64,000 nucleotides of DNA, taken from NCBI GenBank assembly GCA_001179505.1, contig CDMY01000677.1:62001-126000 (forward strand), given 5' to 3'. The translations under genes were made by a program, and so were the position numbers. Shown here piece by piece: positions 37,659 to 52,900 of the stretch (within the stretch, counting starts at the first letter, position 1; every line of letters starts with the position of its first letter). Origin of the DNA: Vitrella brassicaformis CCMP3155. Taxonomy: Eukaryota; Protista; Chromerida. The notes beneath the pieces are model-generated. The model had not been told where the DNA came from. It saw nothing but the letters and a program-made list of their open reading frames with translations, and searched no databases.

Positions 37659-40600
37659 TCACGTGCATCGAAAGCAATGCAGGCAGTTGTCCCGACACCC
37701 CAGCAAAACACGAGACACACACGGCCTGCCTGGTGCACTCTCGACACTCACCACCTCCCCTCCCGAGTAGCTCTCATACACATCCACCTCACTGACCTCA
37801 GTGCTCTCAGCAGCACCACTAAAGAACGAAGGCAGAAAAACGTGCCAGGCCGACCGGCATCCCACCACATCAAACACCCCCACCCATCCCCCCTCCGCGC
37901 AAGCAACCACCCCCAAACGCCCCCCTTCGCCGAGAGTGACGGCCTTCACGTTGTGGCTGAGCAGACGGCCGCCCTGCAGGCGCCCACACGGCCCCACAGC
38001 ACCGCTGCCGACGTCGACGCGGTGGAGGGAGCCGTCCCGTGCACAGATTATGGCGGCAGATCTGCCGTCACTACTGAGCAGTGGACTCACAGGCGACGCG
38101 AAGATGGCAGGCAGAATGGCTGTTGACTCGTCCGTTGAGGGTGGCAGAGGGACGGTGGTTCGCCACATAAGCTCGCCATCGGCTTCAGCCACACCGTAGA
38201 CCGAGCCGCCACCCGTGCATACCACCAGCAGGAGCCCTCCACTTGCCGACCGACACAAAAGGGGCCGCGCAAAGCACGGGCCATCCAGCTGTCGGGCCCA
38301 TCGCTGCGCCATCCGTACTTGCTGCCGCCCTTCGTCACTGGTCGATAGCAGATCGATGCGCGCCACCCAGCCGCCCAGCGTCGCCACATACATGCGCTTC
38401 GTCTCTTGGTCGACCTCAGGGGCGTCCGAAAACCCACCCAAAGGCACAGCCGCTGAGGACTTTCCCTCTGTGTTGCGTTTCCGCCTTTTTGCCGGCTGCC
38501 CGCTGCCTTCATCAGACTGCTGCACCAAACCAGACGGCTGGAATCGATGTAGCAATGCGCCTGCGTCTGCGTCGATCAGCTCGAGAGCGCCGTCGTATGT
38601 CGCCGCGACAATGGTGCCGTCAAGAATGCGCGGCGAGGCCTTGATATGGCCGGCCAGCTGAGTGACCCACCAGAGCTCGCCAGTGAGGCCATCCAGACAG
38701 ACGACGGAGCCGTCATACGTTGAGACGAGCAGGCCGAGTCGAGATGGCGACCGAGGTGCGTCGGTAAGGGTGAAGGCGAGCGGCTGCGAGACGATGCGGC
38801 CCGACAGGCGGCGTGTCCAGATGGCCTCTCCGGAGCTGCAACTGATGGCCGCCAGGACGCCACTGTGGCTGCCGGCATACACTGCCCACCCACACCCGAA
38901 CAGCCGGTCCATTGAGGGTGTCTGATAGACTCCTGCTGCTGACAGCTGCGATGCCGTCACGACCGCACAGGGAGCATCCACACAGCTCTCCAAGTACACA
39001 CTCCACTCCAGCTTTGCCGTCGCGCCGCTCTCCACATTCATATGCACGGGAAGCCGCCCATTCTGGTCGCCGACGGGCCTCGCATAAGCACCACTGCGCT
39101 GAGCTGTGTCTGTGTCTGTGTTGTGATGCGCCAGTTGTTGTTGCCTCGGCAACAGAAGTCGCTCTGCGATGGTGCGGGGTGTGAGGGGTTGTGGTGGATG
39201 TGGCTGTGGTTGTGGCGCGGCTGGGAGATAGAGGGCCAGCAAGTCGGCGATCGACACCTGTGGGCCATCCTGGCGGTCTGACAGGCATCGATTCAGGCTG
39301 AAGGCCAAGTTGGCAAGCTGAGAAAACTCGGATAACGAACATAGAGACGCGTTGGGTGGCCGCTCTTCTCTTCTTTTCTTACCGTGAGGGAGTCCCACCC
39401 CCATTCTCGGAGGTCGTCATCAGGTCGGATGGCGGCCCCTCCGGTGACACCACGGCAGACGGCCAGCACAACCTCCACAAAGTCATCCGATGATGGTGGT
39501 GTTGTCGCAGAGGGGATTCCCTGCACATCAGCGGTCGTCTGTCGCTTCACGCACACATCCGCCAGCCCTTCCATCGACACCTGAACAGAACAAAAAGGCG
39601 GCTCCACCGTGTGTGTTCGTGTCGGTTCCCCTGACTGTCCTACCTTCATGTTGCGCGCGTTTCGCGGCAATGACTCTACGAGAACCACATCAATCACCCC
39701 GCCGCCACCGCTGCTGGCCGCCCTCCTAATTAACTGCATCACAGCGTCACGCTGGTTGTCGGAAAGCTCCCCAGGAGGCGGTAGGGTGGCCACAAAGGCT
39801 ACAAGGCTGCTGTCAGACGGTTTGCTTCGTATGGTGGATTGCTGGAGGTCCGACATGGTGCAGACTCTCGCTTCGGTGATGGACACGTCGGCAGCGGTCT
39901 GAAGCGAGAGGATCTGCCGCTCGGTGGCGTCCAGCGAGACAAAGACGCCGCCAATCTTGATGCTGCGGTCGACTCTGCCCTGAAGCGAGCACACTCATTC
40001 TTGTGGCCGAGTTCAAGGGTCCGAATGTGTGTGTGTAAGGTCACCTTGAAGTGAAAGCATCCGTCAGAGTCCCTCTCCACAACATCACCCGTACACAGCA
40101 CCCTTCTCGTCTCGCCGTCGCCCACCTTGGCCGTCACAAATGCCTCTCGTGTCTCATCACTGCATCCACCGATCGGCCCCCAGTAGCCCACCGCCAGCAA
40201 CGGTCCGCCCGCGACCAGCTCGCCTTCGCGCGTCACATCAGCTGAGACCTCCACACCAGCCGCAGACCGTTGCTCCACCTCAGGCGGACCATTGACCCAC
40301 CCACACGCTGCCTGCCGTCTCGCGTCGGTGCCCCTGGCGGGCAGACAACCCTCTGATGCGACGAATGTCAGGCAATCGGATGTGAGTGGCCAACCGAGGG
40401 GGACGGGTGTGGCGGGGTGTGGGGGCGCTAAAGGATGTTCGGGGAAGGGCAGTGGGAAGCAGAGGATGTCGCCAGTCGTCTCGGTAAGGCCGTACAGATT
40501 GAAGAGAGCCACAGTCGGGAGGCGCTCCCACAGCCCTCTGCATACAGACGCAACAGCGCACCAATGATGAGCGGAAAAGGGCCGTGTCGTGCTTTGGTCA

Positions 40601-41724
40601 GGTGGCTCACATGGCAGTGCCCCACACCAGTGGTTCCCCCGAGAAGACCACCAGACGCAGCGTCGCTGCCACCCGCGGCCACACAACGTCCTCCTCATCG
40701 ACCATCCGCAGCGCCATCGACACCAACGTCGGCACCACAGTCAGGTGCGTCACCTGACAATACCAGACACAATACACAATACATACATACAAGACACATA
40801 CGTGCTCTTCCCACCCCTCCCTGCCTCCTCTCACCTTTGCGTCCGCCAGCCACTGCCAGAAGGCGCCCACGTCGACGGTGTGCAAGCCACTAGGAGCGAT
40901 GGCCACGCACCCACCAGCCAGCAGTGGCGTCAGGATCTCTGCCACGTGGTCGACAAACCCCACTGGAGTGCGCTGTGCGTACACAGAGGCACTGTCCACC
41001 ATGAGCCGATCCATGCCCCACCGGGCGCGCATGAGAAGCGCCGAACGTGACAGCACGACCAGCTTCGGATCACCGGTGCTCCCGGATGTGCAGAGAAGGA
41101 CCGCCGACTCGTCTGTCCGCTCCTGTCTGCCGTCTTGCAGTGACGCTTGTTGACGTGCATGTGAATGTGCGCCGAGGAGTGTGTCGATGGACAGCAGTGA
41201 GGGAGAGGGGGCGAGGGATGAGACCCTCCGCTGCCACAGGGGAATGTGGGCCGACGTGGTGATGACCAGGCGCAGCTGCTGGTGCAGAGACTGGAGCAGT
41301 GAGCTGACGGCCGAGGGGGGAAGCGATGGGTCGATGGGACACACCAGCAACTCATCTGAATGAACAAGACAACAAGGCACAGGTGTGCAGGCGGCGTGGC
41401 ACATGCATTCACGTGTGTGCTGCTCTGTGCTATAATCTGACCCGTCATGAGTGCCGCCATCAGAGCCACCACATAGGTCACGCTCCGCGGCATGGCCAAC
41501 AGCACAACAGGCTTCACGTGGCTCCCCACATCCCCTCCTCCTTCGCTGAGCCTGAGCAGCTCCACCTTCATTCGCTCCTTCACCCTGTTGACGGTCGCCC
41601 ACATCCGTCTGTGCGTCCATCTCTCCACGTCCGCGCCTCTGTTCTCCACCAGCAAAAGGGCAGCCGCGTCGCGATGCTCGTGGCAGGCAAACGCATCGGC
41701 GAAAGACGGTTGTGAGGGGGTCAT
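37659..41724 (-). CDS. AASDH: AASDH/ACSF4 (plant AAE19-like) NRPS-like enzyme: adenylation domain, phosphopantetheine carrier, PQQ-type beta-propeller
   Basis: LCTSGSTGDPK (A3), GFVDHVAEILTPLLAG, NLYGLTETTGD, CTGDVVE...FKGRVDRSIKIGG, carrier DDDLREWGWDSLT, WxxxL propeller repeats, C-terminal VLLGCRDNCLHCF. Confidence 0.85.
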
Positions 41725-41741
41725 GACGATTGTTGTTCATG

Positions 41742-42109
41742 TCATGCGGTTGACACACTTTGTGTTTGCTGCTGCTGCTGTTGCTGCTCCTGTTGCTTCC
41801 AGCCCTGCTTAGCTGCCTCCCTCTCGCGGTCTCTGTGGTCCATCATCCTCACGTTGGCCACGTACTTCTTGTGCTCGTCGAGCGCCGCGTCATCGATGTT
41901 GTGATACCAAATGTGAGTGGCGAACCCGCCGATGCCCGTGAAAGCACCTGACATACGAGATGGATGCACATTCAACGCATGGGATCTATGTGGTTTGTGT
42001 GGATGTGTTGCTGTGCTCACTGACCAAAGGCTACGATGACTGCCCACGGTATGATGTGGCCCCGCCGCTGCCAATCACGCACCAGTGAGTTCACGAAGGG
42101 AATGTTCAT
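41742..42109 (-). CDS. About 96-aa single-TM small protein, possibly NDUFA4/B12D-like (mitochondrial complex IV subunit)
   Basis: Exons 42109-42025 and 41947-41742 give MNIPFVNSLVRDWQRRGHIIPWAVIVAFGAFTGIGGFATHIWYHNIDDAALDEHKKYVANVRMMDHRDRERE...; GT-AG intron in phase 1. The family call is resemblance only. Confidence 0.6.
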
Positions 42110-42219
42110 TGCGAGATCTTAGTCTGCACTCCTAGCTCGCAAGGCCTCACGAGTTTTTGCGGATCTGAGTGGCGTCAACCACATCAAGAACGTCCGAAGG
42201 GGCAGGTGAGGTGCACACA

Positions 42220-42640
42220 TGCGATATCTGACAAAAACAATCAAGTCCATCAATCAAGTCCATCCTGAAGCAGCACGAGACCGCCAAGAAGAAGAAATAC
42301 CGCTCGGCCGTCTGCGACTCCCGCGTGACCTTCTGCCCTCTGGTGGTGACGTGTGACGGTGTGTGGGGACACGATGCCAACGTGTTCATCGCCCACATGG
42401 CTCATGCGCTGTTGGAGAAGGAGGGGTGGAAGGGTCGGGGGTTCAGTCATGTGTCTGGATGGATTCGCTCTCGCTTGTCTATCGCCCTCGCGCGTGCGAC
42501 TAGCTTCTGTCTGCGTGGGGGAGGGAGGGGAGGGTTTGCGGGACTGGGGTGTGCTGATGGGGCGGGGATAGATCCCTCCTCCCCTTGAGCCTGTTTGAGT
42601 CTGCGTGCTGATGGGACTGTATCTGTATTTGTATGAGTAT
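42220..42640 (+). mobile_element. 5'-truncated remnant of a non-LTR retrotransposon (restriction-like-endonuclease C-terminus, CRE-like)
   Basis: RYLTKTIKSI/LKQHETAKKKKYRSAVCDSRVTFCPLVVTCDGVWGHDA...VSGWIRSRLSIALARATSFCLRG. A 13-bp tandem duplication at 42238-42263 breaks the frame. No introns; TGTATN repeats downstream. Confidence 0.7.
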
Positions 42641-43016
42641 CACGGACACACAGACGAGTGTTACGGTTAATGACAGTTTCCACACTTCCTTCCGTCTCGG
42701 CTGCGCAGGGATGTTCCCATCGAAGCTGAACGAGTAGAAAAACGGGCCGCCTTCCTCCATGGCTGTCCTGCTCAGCATTCAGCAACACTTACACACTCAT
42801 CTAGAGGCGAGGAGGAAGGCAAGCCGACCGTTAGGGTTCTGCCCTAGGCGATATTTGACCCCGTACACACTGTAAAAAGATTTGAGCTCGCAGCAAGTTG
42901 CCGCAATCGCACCTCCTGACATCGGGAAGAAAGGAGGACCGACAAGGAAAACCACCCCACCACCGCAGCGGCGTCCTGACACAAGCCCGCCTGAGCGCGT
43001 GAGTTTTTCGTCAACG

Positions 43017-45045
43017 ATGGCCCGCCTCTCGGTGGGAGTCGTGGCAGCAGCGGTGCTCCTGTGCGTGAGTGTGCACGCTGCTCCCAAGAAGCCCGGCAGC
43101 GGGGGATCAGGAGGGCATGGCGGTGGCCACCATGGTCATAAGGACAGCACCAACTTGTACGAGCTGGTGCAGGTGCCGGCCCTTCCATTCTGTGAACATA
43201 ACGACCGCTTCAACATCGATGAGGGGCTCTGTGTCGGCATCGACAGGCGCACGGGAGTTAACCCTGTGTCGGCGGTGAGTGACGGCGGAGGGAATACGAT
43301 GATGTGTCGTCTTGGTGTGATGTCATGTGATTGGAATGTCTGACGGACGGATGTGTCGGTTGCAGGATTGCCCGAAGGGGACGGTGCTGCACGGCGAGAA
43401 GTGCAGGGGCAAGGTCTACGCCATGAAAGGGCCCAAGTGCAGAGATGACGAGTGAGCAATCACAGCAGCAATCACATCCACGCACACACACACACACAAC
43501 TTCCTTGTCTGTTTGCGCCTTTCTGTTCGTTCGTTCGTTCGTCAGCGCCTTTTACATTCCGCCCGAAACAAGTCTCTTGAAGAAGCCTTTCCCGACCTGG
43601 GGTATGCACAAGCACCCCTTCATGGAGCGGCACTTCGACCACGTCCCCAACCTCGCGGAGCTTCAACAGCCGCCCAAGAACGTCTCCCGACCCAAGAAGG
43701 TGCCCGATGAAGAGCGGAAGCCCTGCGCCATGGACGACCTCGAGTGCATCCAGGAGCGCGAGCAGGAGCTCCTCGAAGGGGCGGGCTACTGCCTGGAGAG
43801 CGAGGTGTACTTCATTCCCCTGCGGTGCCCCTCCAACCAGTTCAAGAAGCGCGACACCGACGACGGCCGGCGGCTGTGCATCCTCGAGAAAAAGATGGAC
43901 CCCACCACAGAGGAGGTCTGCTCCATCCACCCCGTCAAGAACGAGCTCGGCACCCTGCATGAGTTCGGGGGCAAGTGGAACGGCTCGGCGGACCACCAGC
44001 ATCTCGCGGCCATGTCTCTTGATGGTGAGGGCGACGAGCGCCGCCTCCAGAAGAAGGGTGGCGACTACTCGGGTTACTCGAAGGGCGAGGCCGTCAAGAA
44101 GGGGAAGGGCGGGCGCAAGCGGGGGAAGGATGCGAAGCCCGGGCTGGGCGAGACTGCCAAAGTGTTCGGCAACAAGGTTTGCAAGACGGTTAAGATCTGC
44201 CCGCCATCCTACAAGCTGCACAGCGGCAAGTGCCTGCAGAAGATTATCATCGAGCGGTCGCCTGACGAGGACGGCTGCAGAGATGTAAGCAAGCAACACC
44301 CACATCACATCACACCCATGGACACGCCAGACCGACTGAATGTGCCTTCTTGTCACTCACTCAGCATTGGCATTACGAGGAGGAGTTCGACGCGTGCAAG
44401 AAGGACCACATCCGAGAGCCGGTCATCGACTGCCCCGACAAGTTCCAGAAGCACCCTCACGACCCATTCAAGTGCTACGACCACCTCAGCGAAGACCCGG
44501 AGAACGTCATCTGCCCCTGTCCGTCCCCCGGCTGCAAGGACATCAGCCACCACGGCTCACACAAGGGCGACCTTGGCGCTGTTAACGGCACTGGCGCCGA
44601 CGTCGAGCCTGGCACCGCCGGAAGTGAGCGAGACACCGCTCCCACACACTTTTGATTCATTCATTCTGTGGTGTGGTGCCCTCCCTGTATGCGCACAGGC
44701 TACATCTACGTCGCCGAGCTGGGCAAGTGCTACATCATCATCAAGTACCCCCCCAAGTACGTCTGCGACCACGCCGAGGGCTTCAAGCTCAACGAGAAGA
44801 CCCTGCAGTGCCAGATGCGCGTGCCCAAGGGATCCATCATCCCAGCCACACACAGGAAATCGGGCGTCGAGCACCCAGACGAGCACATGCAGGCTCATGT
44901 CGCCTTCTGGCGGCAGGAGAGGAAGAGAAACAAGGCCTTGGCCAAGTCGCTCAAGCGCAACGGGGGCGTGGTGAAGTATGGGGGTGGTGGTGCTGGGGGT
45001 GGGGGGAAGAAGGGCTCTGCGCCGCCTCCACCGAAGAAGAAATAG
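43017..45045 (+). CDS. Secreted His/Cys-repeat protein, oocyst-wall-protein (COWP/OWP)-like
   Basis: Signal peptide MARLSVGVVAAAVLLCVSVHA; Gly/His-rich N-terminus; repeats CPKGTVLHGEKC, CPPSYKLHSGKC, CPDKFQKHPHDPFKC, CDHAEGFKLNEKTLQC. Confidence 0.7.
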
Positions 45046-46292
45046 ACGGACGGATTGACGGATGGTGTGGTGTGGTGTGGTGCCCGCGATATGATGGATA
45101 GATAGGTCTGTGTGTCGGCATTCGGGTTAAAAGTACCTGAGAGCGGCATCACATCGAGAGACATGGATGGCACACATGGCTAGTTCTCTCCTACCTTCCC
45201 CTGTATGTTGCTCGCTTGACTGACTCATTCGTTCGTCCGTCCGTCCTCGTGGCTTTCCTTTTTGAGTACTGACTGGCCAGTACGGACCGGCGCGGCGCGG
45301 TGTGGTGTGGTGTGGTTTGTGTGTGAGGCTCCCCATGTGACCCATGGCTGATTTGGCCGAGCACGACAGACCTGATTGGCGGACGGATGACTTGTGCGAC
45401 GACTGCTGTATACCTAGACTCGTGCACTCGTGTCTCGTGTGTGAGGTTTGCATGCCATGGATGACCTGACCCTCTCTGTCTTGTGTGTTGCGTGTGTGTG
45501 CGAATGGCCCCATCATTCAACCCTTTACATGCTCCAACCGATCGCCGGATACACCCAGACAAGACAAGACGCTTATTGTTGAATCCTGCAGAATCCTGCA
45601 GCATCCACCTCACCTCACCTGTGGGTCTGTCTCTTCCATCATATCCCAGCGTCCATCTATCTCCCTGGTGTTACTGACAGCAACAGGCTCCGCGGTGGAT
45701 GCTTCCACTTGTGTGTGAAGCTCCATTCGTCCCGCAGCCACAGAAACACCAGAAACCGCCCGCCCGCATCCCAACACATTGGCAGATCACCTTCCCCAAA
45801 GATCGTTTGACGAGCCTGTCAGCGAGGGAAGCCACGCGCGAAGGCGTCTCCTGCCCAGGCGCGGGCTTCTGCCTCTGTCTGTCTGGTGCGGCAAACCATC
45901 CCCAGGCGACGGCCCACACACGAGAGGAAAAAGGCCCCGACGCGACGCGTGACCGCATGAAAAAACATTGGGCCACGGATGCATGCAGCTCTTTCCCAGT
46001 GGTGGGACAAGAAAGCGCACAGGGGCATCCGATTGCTGGCTGAGGACAGCAGCGCAGGAAACGAGGGCAAAACTGCACCGCACACACCAGGCACACCCAT
46101 GCACACACACACACACACACACGCACACACGTATTCGAGTCATCCCCCCCCCACTTGCCGGCTTGTGCAGCCCAGCCCCAGACACAGGCGTCGATCGAGA
46201 TGGTGGACAAAAAGAGGCCTCGTGTGTGGTGTGTACGTCAGGTTCCTCCCTCTGTCTCTGTCCCTCTCTCTCTCTCTCTCTCTGTCCTTCAC

Positions 46293-49785
<3,493 letters not shown>

Positions 49786-49909
49786 GTTCGTGGATAGATC
49801 TGCAACAGTATGGCGTTAGGGCTCTCTTCCAACCTATCTCCGCCTATCGTCCGGCCCGCAGCCCGCAAAGGAGGTGAAGATCCTTCTTGGACTCAAAGAC
49901 GGTCAAGTC

Positions 49910-52900
49910 ATGGCGAGCCAAACCGGAGCGAAAGCCTTACCTGAGTCAGCACCGGCCAACAAGAAGGAGATCGGCAAGGGCGTCTCCTTTGGCGACCTTG
50001 GTCTGCCCGTCCCTCCCGTGAGCATCTCTCTGGACAAGATTGACCGGGAGCTCAACGGTCTGCTGAAAGAGAATCGAAAAGATGCCGAGCGGACGCAGCG
50101 CAGGGCCCAGAAGGCCCGGGAGTACCTCATAGGTGGCGATGCTTCAGCCATCAAAAGGGGGACGGCCTACATGAGCGGCACGATGGGCTACTCCGAATAC
50201 CTTGTGGAGGTCTTCCCGGGCATACTGCGCTGGTCAGTCAGTGGGACCAGAAGAATCGACTGACTGCCTGTCTCTCTCTGTGTGTGCGTGTATGCTGTGT
50301 GTGTCTCGGCATTTCAGGACTTATCCGGGTGGTTCGCCCAGTGAGCTGGTCTTGTCGGAGAGCTCTGTGTACATGGACATGGAGCAGACGCCATCAGGTG
50401 GCTACTGGCAATGGAAAGTCTTCTCAACGGTCCACATACTCACATTTGCAAGTGAGACGTGCCGGTCGGTCAGCGGGCCATTCGTCCATCCAGGTGACTC
50501 TTGCTGCTTGTGCATGCTGTTGTGTGCGTGCAGGCAAGAGCAAGGGTGAGGCAGAGGACTGGTGCGAGTCCTTCGTCAAGGGCGCCAACTGGCGATACCA
50601 CCCCATGCTCAAAGACCCCGCCGTCAGGCTGAAAGGTGAATGCCGCAATCGATTCTCCTCGACATCGACACATCTGCCGTCTCTCTCTGTCTGTCTGTCT
50701 GTCTGTCTGTCTGTCAGTCAGGCATCCTGGTGCTGGAGATCCACTCTGCGTGCGACCTGATGGCAAGTGACTTCATGGGAGCCTCTGACCCTTATGTCAC
50801 GGTTTACATGCCTGGCCCTGTGGTGTGGCGGGGGCGCACCATCTACCAGACCCTCGATCCCGTGTGGAAGGAGACGGTCACTTTGCCCGTCGTCCATGAC
50901 GACCCCGATGACGAAATTAGGCTCGTTGTGCGGTGAGCGAGTGAGTAAAGATGCGTGGAAGACAGGCAGGAGATGAGAAGTCGTTGCTGTTGGTGTGTGT
51001 TTGATTCGAGTAGAGATGAGGATGAGTTGAGTGCGCATGACTTCCTGGGTCAGACCGTGCTCACCCTGTCGTCCTTTGAGAACCAAGTAGAGTACATCAT
51101 GGAGCTGGAACTTTACCCTGAGAACTACACTGTAACAAGCAGGAGAGGAAAATGACATGGGAGTCGACCTATGTGTGTATGCGTGTGTGTATGTCTATGT
51201 GTGTGTGTGGTGACCAGCCGGACGGCAAGATGGCTGAAGGCATCCTGCGCGTTCGTATGCTGTACTTCACCCATCCACTTGGCAAATTCTGGCCTGTCGA
51301 CCCGCTGCCACTGCGTATGAAGCACCAGATGACTCACTCGCATGGCGGAGATCTTTTTCCTTTTGTTTGTTTGTTGGCTCAGCTGATGATGCGACATTGG
51401 ACATCAACATCTTCAAGCTGCAGATCCGCCGCATCACGCACATGCTGGAGGGCGTCCAGCTGCTCTGCGGCATCCTCAACGACATACTCAACTTCGAAAA
51501 CCCTACCGTCTCATGGCAAGACAGCGAGACACAGAGGAAAGAGGATGTCTGTTTATGTGTGTGTGTGTATCTGGCAGGTCTGTTTGGCTGTTTCTGTCTT
51601 TCTGGCTGCTGGCGTTCCCTTCGCTGACCTTTGCCATCGCCCTCGGCCTGGCGCCTTTCGGCCTGCTTAACTGCCACCCGGCGTACAAGGACGTGTTCGG
51701 GTGGCTCATCGGGGAAGAGATTAACCTGCCCACCCTCAACAAATGGCGAGAACACAACAAGAAAGTCCTACTCGAACGCAAAGCCACAATGCGTAAGCGC
51801 ACGACACGGGAGGGATTATATATGTGGGAGTGCTATATATGAGAGTCGTCAGTCATTGTGCGTTGGCATACATATGTATGTGCGTGTGCAGGGATCGAGT
51901 ACGAGGGCCAGAGGACGGAGGAGGACCTCACCGTCAAGGACGGGGAGGTGTTTTCGTTTTCGGAGAAGAGGAAGTACACCAAGAGGGTGCACGAGAACGA
52001 GAGGCAGGCCTTCATGGGCACATACAGCCCCGCAAACCTCAGATCGACTGAACGTGGCAAATGGTCGCTCTGTATTGCCACATCGCCCGCCACACGTATC
52101 TCTGTGAGTTGCGCCACGGGTGCCTGTCTGATGCAGGTCGACGCCCGACGGCACGACCCGCCCTGTGCCCCTCACTGTGGAAGACGGCATTGAATACGAC
52201 TGGGAGGTAGGTCAGCCAGAATCAATCGGCCAGCTGATAGCCTTTTCTCTCGTCCATGTCGGCATGTACGCGCATTTGCAAACGCAGCTGGAGCTTCATC
52301 CTGGCGTCGACATTGAAGGCTGGTGGTGAGGGGGGGAGTGGAGTGCTCACCGGTCATTCAGTTCAGTGAATGGACGTATATATGTACCTGTCTGTCTCTG
52401 TCTGTCTGCCTGCGTCCAGCTACGCATACGACTGGGATTCTGCCAGTTGGTCTCGCGAGGACGAGGGCATGAAGCACTGGGTCAGGCGGAGAACGTGGAT
52501 CGGACTCCCTATCGGAAGAGCCGAATCGGTCGGTCGCTTAGTCAAATGTGAAACGCATTGCAACACATGGACAGAGAAACACGTGTGTATGTCATTGTCT
52601 GGGACATGCAGGCCGTCAAGTTTTCCTCCTTGGAGGAGCGTGCCGAGGCGGAGAAGAAGTTCGCCGAGGAGCGGAGGAAGCGCAAGGAGGAGGAGGAGGC
52701 CAAGAAAAAGGCCAACGAAAAGAGCCTCTTCCAGCTTTACTTGTGAGCAAGGCAAGCAGCTAAGCTCATTGATTGGCGACGGTGCACACACATCGTGGAT
52801 GTACGGCTGGCTGCATTCAGTGAGATCCAGAGGGAGGGCGCGAAGCTGCAGCACACCGTCCACCAGATGGTGTGCCTCGTCGAGAAAATCGCGAATCTCC

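Noticed and set aside
42660-42790. Exon-like minus-strand segment MEEGGPFFYSFSFDGNIPAQPRRKEVWKLSLT with a GT donor
   Set aside because: No phase-compatible acceptor joins it to the 42109 ORF without a stop.
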